From Anaeramoeba ignava BMAN (taxonomy: Eukaryota; Protista; Anaeramoebae), in contig JAPDFW010000061.1 of assembly GCA_028826165.1 (NCBI GenBank), positions 486,775-550,774 on the forward strand: a DNA stretch of 64,000 bases, written 5' to 3'. This document shows, piece by piece, positions 1-12,672 of this stretch; the first letter of the stretch is position 1; each line of letters opens with the position of its first letter. The position numbers were made by a program, and so were the translations under genes. A model generated the notes under the pieces. It saw nothing but the letters and a program-made list of their open reading frames with translations. It was not told the origin of the DNA and searched no databases.

Positions 1-1434
1 GATAAAGTCATTGGATATGGTGTTTTTTTGTCGCAATGAGAACATTTTGGAAAAAGTGCTTCAATTGTTTTGGATTTATACTATTTGAAAAAAAAATAAA
101 TATTGAAAATAAATATTAAAATAAATATTAAAATAAATATTGAAAATAAATATTAAAATTAAATATTAAAATAAATATTAAATATTAAATAAATAAAAAA
201 ATAAATATAAAATAAATATTAAAAAATATAAATATTAAAATAAAAATTAAAATATTAAATATTAAAATTAAATATTAAAATAAATATTAAAATAAATATT
301 AAATAAAAATAAATATTAAATTAAATATTAAATTAAATATTAAAATAAATATTAAAATAAATATTAAAATAAATATTAAAATAAATATTAAAAATAATAT
401 TAAAATAAATAATAAAATAAAAAATAAATAAAATAAATATTAAAATAAAATATTAAAATAAATATTAAAAATAAATATTAAAATAAAATATTAAAAAATA
501 AATATTAAAATTAAATATTAAAATAAAATATTAAAAATAAAAATATAAATATTAAAAATAAATATTAAAAATAAAATAAAAAAAAAAAATAAATATTTAA
601 ATAAAATATTAAAAATAAATAAAAATAAAAAATAAATATTAAAAATAAATATTAAAATAAATATTAAAATAAAAAAATAAAAACTGTATAAAATAAATAT
701 TAAAAATAAATTAAATATTAAAAATAAAATATTAAAATAAAAATTAAATATTAAAAATAAATATTAAAAATTAAATAAATTAAAAATAAATATTAAAATA
801 AAAATATTAAAAATAAATATTAAAAAAATAAATAACAAAATAAATATTAAATATTAAATTAAATATTAAAATAAAAATTAAAATAAATATTAAAATAAAT
901 ATTAAATTAAAATAATTATTAAATTAAATATTATAAATATTAAAATTAAAATTAAATTAAATATTAAAATAAATATTAAAATAAATATTAAATATTAAAT
1001 TAAATATTAAATTAAATATTAAAATAAATATTAAAATAAATATTAAAATAAATATTAAAAATTAAAATAAATATTAAAATAAATATTAAAATAAATATTA
1101 AATATAAAATAAATATTAAAATAAATATTAATTAAATTAAATATTAAATTAAATATTAAAATAAAATACATTTTTAAGTTTTTTGATTTTTTTAGAATCA
1201 ACTTTTCTGTGAAAAACAATAATTGCTAAAGTTGTTTCTGAAAAATTAAACACTTCAACTTTTGGGTTTTGATTTAATGTTTCAAAATCTTTTGTAATTT
1301 GTTCTTTTGTAACCTTTTCAAAAATAAAAAAAAAGAACAAAAAAAATTTTTTTAAATTTTTTAATAAATTATTATTTATTTATTAATTTTACTTTTGGTT
1401 TTGTTTCAATAAATATCTTTTTTTTCCTTCCCAT
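1..1434 (-). CDS. RRM-like/RING/CCCH family paralog 1, 5' part only (exons 1434-1393, 1313-1170, 80-<1); runs off the window
   Basis: GT-AG splicing gives MGRKKKIFIETKPK|VTKEQITKDF...LAIIVF...KLKN|YKSKTIEALFPKCSHCDKKTPYPMTL, colinear with paralogs 2 and 3 and with the same intron positions. Confidence 0.8.
90..1165. repeat. Intronic ~12-bp tandem repeat (AAATATTAAAAT)n
   Basis: Visible tandem repeat filling intron 2 of paralog 1. Confidence 0.9.
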
Positions 1435-1615
1435 TCTGTTTTTTTTTTTAAAATAAAGCAAATTGAAAAATGAAAAAAAAAATGAAAAAAAAATGAATTA
1501 AAAAAATTCCACTTTTTTTATTAATTTTTGTTTTTATTTTTCCGAATTTTTTTTAAAAAAAAAGAAAAAGAAAAATAAAGAGAAAATCAAAATAAAATAA
1601 AGGAAAAATTGTGTT

Positions 1616-4600
1616 TCATTTCCTTTTGTGAATATGCTCGAAAGGACAATTCAAATCTCCACAAAATCCATAAGCAAAAAAATTTTCACAAACTAAAAAG
1701 AAAAATAATTTAAAATTTTGAATTTAATTTTGGATTTGATATTTATAATTATAATTATATTGATATTTATATTTATATTTATATTTATATTTATATTTAT
1801 ATTTATATTTATATATTTATATTGATTTTGATATTTATATTTATATTGATTTTGATTTTAATATTGATTTTGATTTTGATTTTAATATTGATTTTGATTT
1901 TGATTTTGATTTTGATTTTGATTTTGATTTTGATTTTGATTTTGATTTTAATTTTGATTTTGATTTTGATTTTGATTTTGATTTTGATTTTTATATTTAT
2001 ATTTATATTGATTTTGATTTTGATTTTGATTTTGATTTTGATTTTAATTTTGATTTTGATTTTGATTTTGATTTTTATATTTATATTTATATTGATTTTG
2101 ATTTTGATTTTGATTTTGATTTTGATATTTATATTTATATTGATTTTGATTTTTATTTTGATTTTTATATTTATATTTATATTGATTTTGATTTTAATTT
2201 TGATTTTGATTTTGATTTTGATATTGATTTTGATTTTGATATTGATTTTGAATTTGATTTTGAATTTTGATTTTGATTTTTAAATACGTTGTTTGGCTTT
2301 TTTGTGTCGAGTATCACGATAAAAAGAGTTCTTTTTCTTTTTTTCAAGAGTTTGCTTATCACCACTATAATTATTCCAAACTTTTTCAATATCACCCCTT
2401 TTTGGATTTGGATGATTATAAGGACATTTAAGATTTGAACATGAATATAATCTTGGACAAATACATTCATTAAAAGGATGGCGCTCTGGATTTTCTTTTC
2501 TAGCTTTCCAATGTTCCCATTTATGACACCAATTTATTTTGTCATTATGAAAATATTTACAATGTGTTTTCTTTGATGTTCCAAACAATGAAGACCAAAA
2601 AGATTGTTTCGGTTTTTCTTTTTCTGGTTTCTTTTTCTTTATATTATTTTTTGGAATAAATTGTGATTTATTCATTTGATTCATTTGCTTTGTATTCATT
2701 TGCTTCATTTGCTTTTTATTAATTTGATTTTGATTAAATTGATTTGGATTCATTTGCTTTGTATTCATTTGATTTGTGTTAAATTGATTTTGATTCATTT
2801 GATTTGGATTAAGTTGATTTGGATTCAATTGATTTTGATTAAATTTATTTTGATTAAATTGATTTGGATTAATTTGATTTGTATTCATTTGATTTGTGTT
2901 AAATTGATTTGGATTCATTTGATTTGTATTCATTTGATTTGGATTAATTTGATTTTTATTAATTTGATTTGGATTCAATTGATTTGGATTAATTTGATTT
3001 GGATTAAATTGATTTGGATTAAATTGATTTGGATTCATTTGATTTTGATTAAATTTATTTGGATTAAATTGATTTGGATTAATTTGATTTGGATTCATTT
3101 GATTTGGATTAATTTGATTTGGATTAATTTGATTTGGATTAATTTGATTTGGATTCATTTGATTTGTATTCATTTGATTTGGATTCATTTGATTTGGATT
3201 AATTTGATTTGGATTCATTTGATTTGGATTCATTTGATTTGGATTCATTTTCTTTGGATTAAATTGATTTGGATTCATTTGATTTGGATTCATTTGATTT
3301 GGATTAAATTGATTTGGATTCATTTGATTTGGATTAAATTGATTTGGATTCATTTGATTTGGATTAATTTGACTTAGAATCATTTGATTTGTATTTAATT
3401 TTTCTTTTTGGAAAGATTTATATAATTCTTTAATTCTTTTTTGCATTTTCTTCACTTCTTTTTTGAATTGTTTGGGATCCAAATCTTCAGGATTCCCGTT
3501 TCTTCCCCTTTTTATTAGATCATCTTTTTCGTAAATCATTTTATTTGAAAGTATATTTAAATCTGATCTGATTTTGATTTTTTTTGAGCATGAAGGACAA
3601 ATTGAATTCCTTTTTTCTACAATTTCAAATCCACATTTTCCACATATTTGAGATGAGCATTTGGGGCAATTTATTATTAATGGATATGGTGTTTTTTCTT
3701 GGCAGATATTGCATTTTGGAAATAATTTATCCACAGTTTTTGATTTGTACTTTTATTATTTTATAAATAAATATTATTTTGGAATTAAATATTATTTTAT
3801 AAATAAATATTATTTTGGAATTAAATATTATTTTGTAATTAAATATTATTTTGTAAATAAATATTATTTTGGGATTAAATATTATTTTGTAAATAAATAT
3901 TATTTTATAAATAAATATTATTTTATAAATAAATATTATTTTATAAATAAATATTATTTTGGAATTAAATATTATTTTGGAATTAAATATTATTTTATAA
4001 ATAAATATTATTTTATAAATAAATATTATTTTATAAATAAATATTATTTTGTAAATAAATATTATTTTGTAAATAAATATTATTTTATAAATAAATATTA
4101 TTTTATAAATAAATATTATTTTGTAAATAAATATTATTTTATAAATATTATTATTTTATAAATAAATATTATTTTGTAATTAAATATTATTTTATAAATA
4201 AATATTATTTTATAATTAAATATTATTTTTATAATTAAATATTATTTTATAATTAAATATTATTTTGTAAATAAATATTATTTTATAAATAAATATTATT
4301 TTGTAAATAAATATTATTTTATAAATAAATATTATTTTATAAATAAATATTATTTTATAAATAAATATTATTTTATAAATAAATATTATTTTATAAATAA
4401 ATATTATTTTGAATTAAATATTATTTTATAAATAAATATTATTTTATAAATAAATATTATTTTGGAAATAAATATTATTTTATAATTAAATATTATTTTA
4501 TAAATAAATATTATTTTATAAATAAATATTATTTTGTAAATAAATATTATTTTTATAAATAAATATTATTTTGTAAATAAATATTATTTTATAAATAAAT

Positions 4601-6058
4601 ATTATTTTGTAAATAAATATTATTTTTATAAATAAATATTATTTTGTAAATAAATATTATTTTATAAATAAATATTATTTTATAAATAAATATTATTTTA
4701 TAAATAAATATTATTTTTGGATTAAATATTATTTTATAATTAAATATTATTTTATAATTAAATATTATTTTTGGGATTAAATATTATTTTGGATTAAATA
4801 TTATTTTATAAATAAATATTATTTTGGAATTAAATATTATTTTATAATTAAATATTATTTTATAAATAAATATTATTTTATAAATAAATATTATTTTATA
4901 AATAAATATTATTTTATAATTAAATATTATTTTATGATTAAATATTATTTTATAATTAAATATTATTTTTGTAAATAAATATTATTTTGTAAATAAATAT
5001 TATTTTGTAAATAAATATTAATTTATAAATAAATATTATTTTTATAATTAAATATTATTTTGGGATTAAATATTATTTTATAATTAAATATTATTTCATA
5101 ATTAAATATTATTTTGGAATTAAATATTATTTTTGGATTAAATATTATTTTGGAATTAAATATTATTTTATAATTAAATATTATTTTGTAATTAAATATT
5201 ATTTTGTAAATAAATATTATTTTTATAAATAAATATTATTTTATAAATAAATATTATTTTTTGGATTAAATATTATTTTTGGATTAAATATTATTTTTGG
5301 AATTAAATATTATTTTATAAATAAATATTATTTTGTAATTAAATATTATTTTATAAATAAATATTATTTTATAAATAAATATTATTTTTGGATTAAATAT
5401 TATTTTATAATTAAATATTATTTTATAATTAAATATTATTTTATAATTAAATATTATTTTATAATTAAATATTATTTTATAATTAAATATTATTTTATAA
5501 TTAAATATTATTTTGTAAATAAATATTATTTTATAAATAAATATTATTTTATAAATAAATATTATTTTTGGATTAAATATTATTTTATAATTAAATATTA
5601 TTTTATAAATAAATATTATTTTATAAATAAATATTATTTTTGGATTAAATATTATTTTGTAAATAAATATTATTTTGGAATTAAATATTATTTTGGAATT
5701 AAATATTATTTTGTAATTAAATATTATTTTATAAATAAATATTATTTCATAATTAAATATTATTTTGTAATTAAATATTATTTTTGGATTTATATTTTAT
5801 TATTAAATACATTTTTAATCCTTTCTGTTTTAACTTTTTCAGTAAAAATTATAATTGCTAATGTTTTTTCTTCAAAAGTAAACACTTCAATTTTTGAAAT
5901 TTTACCAAAATCTTGAAATTTTCTTTTAAATTTCCTTTTTGAAACCTTTTTTTTTTTAAATAAAAAAAATTTAAATAAAAAAAGGAAAAAAAGGAAAAAA
6001 AAGGAAAACAAATTACTTTTTCTTTTTTAACTTCAATAAAAAGTTTACTTCTTGGCAT
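1616..6058 (-). CDS. RRM-like + RING + NPNQ(M/F/I) repeat + CCCH zinc-finger protein, paralog 2 (exons 6058-6017, 5945-5811, 3749-2288, 1692-1616)
   Basis: RING-like CNIC..CPKC..CGKC..CPSC; 15-bp coding repeats; CICPRLYSCSNLKCPYNH; last exon encodes CENFFAYGFCGDLNCPFEH then TGA; splice phases are consistent. Confidence 0.85.
1745..2282. repeat. Intronic hexamer microsatellite (ATTTTG/ATATTT)n
   Basis: Lies in the last intron of paralog 2 and produces the spurious ILILIL ORF. Confidence 0.9.
3760..5795. repeat. Intronic ~18-bp minisatellite (TAAATATTATTTTATAAA)n
   Basis: About 2 kb of tandem repeat in intron 2 of paralog 2. Confidence 0.9.
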
Positions 6059-6226
6059 AATTAATAATAATAATAATAATAAATTAATAAAAAAAGGAAA
6101 AAAAAAGAAAAAAAATGAATTTTAAAAAAATATTTTTTATTCCAAATTTTCCTTTTTTTTCCAAAATTTGTTGTTCTTTTAAAAATAAAAAAGAAGAAGA
6201 AATTAAAAGGAATTCAAAGAAGAAAT

Positions 6227-9200
6227 TCAATTCAAAGAGGAGATAATTTGAAAAAGAATGAGAAGAAAAACAACAATTAAGATAAAATAGAAAAATTTCC
6301 ATTCTAAAGATAAAGAACTTTTTGATTGATTTTTCTTTTGATTTTGATTTTGGTTTAATTGTTTTATTTGATTTGGATTTCGCTTTTGATTCATTTGATT
6401 TCGCTTTTGATTTGGATTTAATTGTTTTATTTGATTTGGATTTGGATTTCGTTTTTGATTTAATTGTTTCATTTGATTTGGATTTGGATTTCGTTTTTGA
6501 TTTTGATTTCGTTTTTTATTTAATTGTTTCATTGGATTTTGATTTCGTTTTTTATTTAATTGTTTCATTGGATTTTGATTTCGTTTTTGATTTATTTGTT
6601 TCATTGGATTTGGATTTAATTGTTTTATTTGATTTGGATTTGGATTTGGATTTGGATTTCGTTTTTGATTTAATTGTTTCATTGGATTTGGATTTGGATT
6701 TAATTGTTTCATTGGATTTGGATTTGAATTTGGATTTGGATTTGGATTTGAATTTGGATTTGGATTTGAATTTGGATTTGAATTTGGATTTGGATTTGAA
6801 TTTGGATTTGGATTTCGATTTAATTGTTTCTTTTGGTTTTTTTTTGGTTGATTTACTTTTTTTAATTTAAATTCAAATTTTTTTAGTTTTAAATTTTAAT
6901 TTATTTTTTGATTTTTTGATTTAATTTTTTTTTAACTATTAATTTTCTTACCTTTTTTTACGGGAATTCTTTGATTGTTTATTCTAACATGTTCAAAAGG
7001 ACAATTAAGATCTTTACATTTTCCATATTTTACAAAATTTTGACAAACTAAAATCAAGAATAAAAAAAAAAGTGGAATAAATTTTTTTTGGATTAAATTT
7101 AAATTAATTTCCGTTATTTTTTTATAATAGAAAAAAAAAGTTCTCACTTGTTTTTATTCTTTCGTTTCGAGTATCTCGATAAAAAGAGTTGCGTTTTTTG
7201 ATATCAAAGCTTTTTTCATCGCCTTGATATGTATTCCAAGCTTTTTGGAAATCTTTTCTAAGTGGATTAGGATGATTATATCTGCAATTGGGATAATCCT
7301 TACATTTGCTTAACATAATGCAAATGCTTTCTTCTTGCGGATGAAGTTGTGGTTGTGATTCTCTGTTTTTCCAATGTTGATATGCATGACACCAAGCAGT
7401 ATTAGGATCAGCAAAAAAATTACAAATAGTTTGATTTTGATTGAATTGATCTTGATTAAATTGATTTTGATTGAATTGATTCTGATTAAATTGATTCTGA
7501 TTGAATTGATTTTGATTAAATTGATTTTCTTGATTAAATTGATTTTGATTGAATTGATCTTGATTGAATTGATCTTGATTGAATTGATCTTGATTGAATT
7601 GATCTTGATTAAATTGATCTTGATTGAATTGATCTTGATTAAATTGATCTTGATTGAATTGATCTTGATTAAATTGATCTTGTTGATTAAAATCATTTTC
7701 TTGATTGAATTGATTTTGATTAAATTGATTTTCTTGATTAAATTGATTTTGTTGATTAAAATCATTTTCTTGATTAAATTCATTTTGTTGATTAAATTGA
7801 TTTTGTTGATTAAAATCATTTTCTTGGTTAAAATCATTTTCTTGATTAAATTGATTTTGTTGATTAAAATCATTTTCTTGATTAAATTGATTTTGATTAA
7901 AATCATTTTCTTGATTAAATTGATTTTGATTGAATTGATCTTGATTGAATTGATCTTGATTGAATTGATCTTGATTGAATTGATTTTGATTGAATTGATT
8001 TTGTTGATTAAAATCATTTTCTTGATTAAATTGATTTTGATTAAATTGATTTTCTTGATTAAATTGATTTTGTTGATTAAAATCATTTTCTTGATTAAAT
8101 TCATTTTGTTGATTAAATTCATTTTGTTGATTAAATTGATTTTGATTAAATTGATTTTCTTGATTTTGTTCATTTTCATTTCTAATATTGTGTAAATGAA
8201 TTTTTTTTGTTTGAAGTTCTGCTAGTAAAATTTCAATTTTTTGTTGCATTTTTCCAACTTCATTTGTTAGTAAATTTTTGGTTTCCAAAAATTTTGATGA
8301 ATCCATTTGTTTAGTTGAGTTTTGGAAATTAATTATTTCTTGATCATTTTGTAAATATTCTAAAATGTTGATTTCATTCTGACAAGAAGGACAAATTGAT
8401 TGATTTTCATTAAATATTTTAATTAAGCAAGAACAACAAAATATATCTGAACAAAATGGACATTTCATTGTCATTGGTATTGGTGTTTTTTTATTGCATA
8501 GGATACATTGGGGAAATATTTCATCAATTTCTTTTTCTAAAATCTAATAAAATCAAAAAAAAAATTAATTTACAATTTTTAATATTCAATTTAATTTAAT
8601 ATTCAATTCAATTCAATATTCAATTCAATTCAATTCAATTCAATTCAATTCAATTCAATTCAATTCAATTCAATTCAATTCAATATTCAATTCAATTTAA
8701 TTCAATATTTAATATTCAATTCAATTCAATTTAATATTCAATTCAATTCAATTCAATTCAATTCAATATTCAATTCAATTCAATTCAATTCAATTCAATT
8801 TAATTTAATATTCAATTCAATTCAATTCAATTCAATTCAATTCAATTCAATTTAATATTCAATATTTAATTCAATTTAATATTTAATATTTAATATTCAA
8901 TTCAATATTTAATTCAATTTAATATTTAATATTTAATATTCAATTCAATATTTAATTCAATATTTATTCAATTTATTCAATATTCAATTCAATTCAATAT
9001 TTAATATTTAATATTCAATATTCAATTCAATTCAATTCAATTCAATTCCATTCAATTCAATTCAATTCAATTATTCAATTCAATTTAATTCCAATTCAAT
9101 TCAATTTCAAATTCAATTTCAATTCAATTCAAATTCAATTCCATTTAATTCAATTCCATTCCAATTCAATTCAATTCAATCAATTTCCAATTTTTCAATT

Positions 9201-10502
9201 CAATTTCCCAATATTCAATTTAAATTCAATTTTAATTATTCAAATTCAATATTCAATTCAATTTAATATTCAATTCAATTCAATTCAATTATTCAATTCC
9301 AATTCAATTCCCAATTTTAATATTATTCAATTTAAATTCATTAAATTATTCAATTCAATATTCAATTCAATTCATATTCAATTCCAAATATTCATTCAAT
9401 TTCAATTCAATTAATTCAATATTCAATATTCAATATTTAATTTCAATTAATATTTAATATTTATTATTTAATATTCAATTTTATTTAATATTTAATATTT
9501 CAATATTTTAATTCAATTCAATATTCAATTATTCAATTTCAATTCCAATATTTATTATTCAATTCAATATTTAAATTTATTTAATATTCAATTTCAATTA
9601 TTTAATTCCATATTTAATTCAATAATATTCAATTCAATTCAATTCAATTCAATATTTAATATTTTTTTAATATTCAATTATTCAATTCATTATTTCAATA
9701 TTTAATATTTTAATATTTTATTCAATATTATTCAATATTTCAATTCAATTCAATTATTCAATTCAATATTCAATTCAATTTCAATTCAATTCAATATTTA
9801 ATATTTTAATATTTAATATTCAATATTATTCAATTCATTATTAAAATAATTCAATTCCAATTCAATTCAATATTCAATTCAATATATTTAATTCAATATT
9901 CTAATTCACTTTTAATATTATTCAATTCTAATATTCAATTCAATATTCAATTCAATTCAATTCAATTCAATTCAATTCAATTCAATTCAATTCAATTCAA
10001 TTCAATATTCAATTTAATATTCAATTCAATTCAATTCAATTCAATTCAATTCAATTCAATTCAATTCAATTCAATTCAATTCAATTCAATTCAATTCAAT
10101 TCAATTCAATTCAATTCAATTCAATTCAATTCAATTCAATATTTAATTCAATATTCAATATTCAATTCAATTCAATATTTAATATTCAATTAAAAATTTG
10201 GAAAAAAAATCAATTTAATCGCAAATTGTTTTTTTGTTACATTTTCCAAATTTTTTATACTTTTTGTACTGATTCTCTTCTTGAAAACAACTATTGCAAG
10301 AAGCATTTCTTTAAAAGAGAATATTTCTAATTTGGTTACTTTCCCAATTTTATTAAATTCTGTTCTAATTTCTTCTTCAGAAAGCTAAAAAAAAAAAGGA
10401 AAAAAAAATTATTAAAAAAAAAAACTTTTTATTTTAATTTTTATAATAAATTTTTATTACATTTTCTAAAATTTGAACAAATATTTTCTTTTTGTAAACC
10501 AT
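6227..10502 (-). CDS. RRM-like + RING + NQDQF/NQENDF repeat + CCCH protein with KQLN-repeat tail and C-terminal transmembrane helix, paralog 3 (exons 10502-10461, 10384-10241, 8543-7148, 7047-6952, 6855-6227)
   Basis: LSEEEIRTEFNKIGKVTKLEIF (RRM-like); CILC..CPFC..CCSC..CPSC; CQNFVKYGKCKDLNCPFEH; a phase-1 splice joins the 6227-6712 ORF, which ends WKFFYFILIVVFLLILFQIISSLN. Confidence 0.8.
8580..10190. repeat. Intronic pentamer microsatellite (ATTCA)n
   Basis: Near-perfect at both ends and degenerate in the middle; fills intron 2 of paralog 3. Confidence 0.9.
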
Positions 10503-10589
10503 TCTAAAAAGAAAAAAAAGAAAAATGAAAATTTAAAAAATGAAAAAAAAAATAAAAAAAATAAAAAATCCACTTTTCATTTTTAAAAG

Positions 10590-11232
10590 AAAAATTTCAA
10601 CAAAATTTTATTCAAAGTCGAGCAGGTATTTCTTATAAGCAATATAACTCTGCTGCATGGCATCCAGTTTTAGATACAGGAAGAATTGAAAGACAAGATT
10701 TAACTGGATTTAGTTTGACTTTTATCAGGATTCAAAATTTCGAATTTATTGATTGTTTATTTGGACCTTCAACTTATTTTAATACTAATTTTGAAAATTG
10801 TAAATTTGATGGTTCAAGATTTGAACAAGTTATTTTTATTGCACCTTCAATGATGAGACCAAAACTTGAAAATTGTTCATTTGAAAATGTTGAATTTGTT
10901 AATGTTGATTTTCCTAATAATGTTCCTTTTAAAAATCAAAATTTTAAAGGAAGTATTTTCAAATTATGTAAACTTATCAAATCAAATTTTTCCAAATCAA
11001 ATTTTGATAATTCGAGTTTTATTGATTGTAAAATTGATGGATGTAATTTTCAGGATGTGAAATTAATAATATTTGTATTCCTGAAGAACAATTTAAATCT
11101 AATTTCAAAGGAGCAAAAGTTACAAATTTAATTGATATTTCAAAAGATAAAACAAAAATCAAAGAAATTAAAGAATGGAATGAAGTTCAATCAGATATTG
11201 ATAAATGGAAACAATATAAAGATCAAAAATAA
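10590..11232 (+). pseudogene. 5'-truncated BTB-pentapeptide paralog lacking the BTB domain
   Basis: Begins in the variable linker (FIQSRAGISYKQYNSAAWHPVLDTGRIERQD); no start codon or BTB upstream; 1-nt frameshift near 11050; ends KDQK-TAA like the intact copies. Confidence 0.8.
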
Positions 11233-11435
11233 TTCAATTTAATTTCATTTCCAAATTCTTTTTTTATTTTCCAAATTAATTTTCCAAAATTTTTTTTTCA
11301 TTTTTTTTAATTTCAAATTTTCCAAAATTTAATAATAAAAAAAGCAAAAAAAGTAATTTAATTAATTAAATTTTTTAATAAATAAAATATTTACCTATTC
11401 AAATTAAGAATAAAAAATTTAAAAATAAAAAGAAA

Positions 11436-12452
11436 ATGGAAGATGAAAAACCTAAAAATATTGAACAAGAAAATACAAATTTAAACATAAAACCAATTAA
11501 AATTAATGTAGGAGGGAAAATATTTGAAACATTAACAACAACTTTATCAAAATGGAAAAACTCAAAATTTGAAGAAATTATTACAAATCAAAAACAATTT
11601 CCAATAACAAATGATGGAATAATATTTTTTGATAGAAATCCAAAATATTTTGAAATCATTTTAGATTATTTAAGAACTTCAAAAATTACAATTCCAACAA
11701 AATTTGAAAACAAAAAAGGATTAGAAATTTTAATAGAAGAATCAAAATATTATTCAATTCATTCATTAACACAATTATTAAATGAAAAACTTCAACTTTT
11801 ACAAAGACAAACAATTACTCCAAAAGAATTTAAAAGGTGGAATCAAAATTATGAGATTCACCACTACACACAATACATGCAAGGAGTCAGGAGCGTTGGA
11901 TTTGGACGTGAAAGAATGGAAAGACAAGATTTAACTGGATTTAGTTTCTGGTGGACTGTAATTCAAGATTTTGAATTTATTGATTGTTTATTTGGACCTT
12001 CAACTTATTTTGATACTAATTTTAAAAATTGTAAATTTGATGGTTCAAGATTTGAACAAGTTATTTTTCAAGAACCAAAACTTGAAAATTGTTCATTTGA
12101 AAATGTTGAATTTGTTAATGTTGATTTTCCTAATAATGTTCCTTTTAAAAATCAAAATTTTAAAGGAAGTATTTTCAAATTATGTAAACTTATCAAATCA
12201 AATTTTTCCAAATCAAATTTTGATAATTCAAGTTTTATTGATTGTAAATTTGATAAATGTGATTTTTCAGGATGTGAAATGAATAATATTTGTATTCCTG
12301 AAGAACAATTTAAAACTTGCAATACAAAAGGAGCAAAAGTTAAAAATTTGATTGATATTTCAAAAGATAAAACAAAAATTAAAGAAATTAAAGAATGGAA
12401 TGAAGTTCTATTAGATATTGATAAATGGAAACAACATAAAGATCAAAAATAA
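11436..12452 (+). CDS. KCTD9-like BTB/POZ + pentapeptide-repeat protein
   Basis: IKINVGGKIFET, FFDRNPKYFEIILDYLR and ESKYYSI (T1-type BTB); F-x4 periodic repeats; intronless. Confidence 0.9.
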   Translation: MEDEKPKNIEQENTNLNIKPIKINVGGKIFETLTTTLSKWKNSKFEEIITNQKQFPITNDGIIFFDRNPKYFEIILDYLRTSKITIPTKFENKKGLEILIEESKYYSIHSLTQLLNEKLQLLQRQTITPKEFKRWNQNYEIHHYTQYMQGVRSVGFGRERMERQDLTGFSFWWTVIQDFEFIDCLFGPSTYFDTNFKNCKFDGSRFEQVIFQEPKLENCSFENVEFVNVDFPNNVPFKNQNFKGSIFKLCKLIKSNFSKSNFDNSSFIDCKFDKCDFSGCEMNNICIPEEQFKTCNTKGAKVKNLIDISKDKTKIKEIKEWNEVLLDIDKWKQHKDQK

Positions 12453-12672
12453 TTCAATTTAATTTCATTTTCATCAATTCTTTTTTTATTTTCCAAATTA
12501 ATTTTCCAAAATTTTTTTTTTCATTTCCAAATTCATTTTTTTAATTTCAATTTTCCAAAATTTAATAATAAAAAAAGCAAAAAAAGTAATTAATTAATTA
12601 AATTTTTTAATAAATAAAATATTTACCTATTCAAATTATAAATAAAAAATTTAAAAATAAAAAGAAACAAAA

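Noticed and set aside
1822-2283. Long ILILIL, FDFDF, NKYYF, MNLK and INNF ORFs (also 3661, 15839-16610, 17485-18127, 19064, 58693, 59583)
   Set aside because: They are translations of stop-free microsatellites, mostly inside GT-AG introns of real genes
2676-8195. Hydrophobic antisense or alternate-frame ORFs over the Q/N repeats (also 42527-43474 over the USP tail)
   Set aside because: They are shadows of periodic coding repeats on the other strand or frame
9050-9930. Degenerate core of the (ATTCA)n tract as an older or separate element
   Set aside because: The random single-base indels resemble poorly polished consensus sequence
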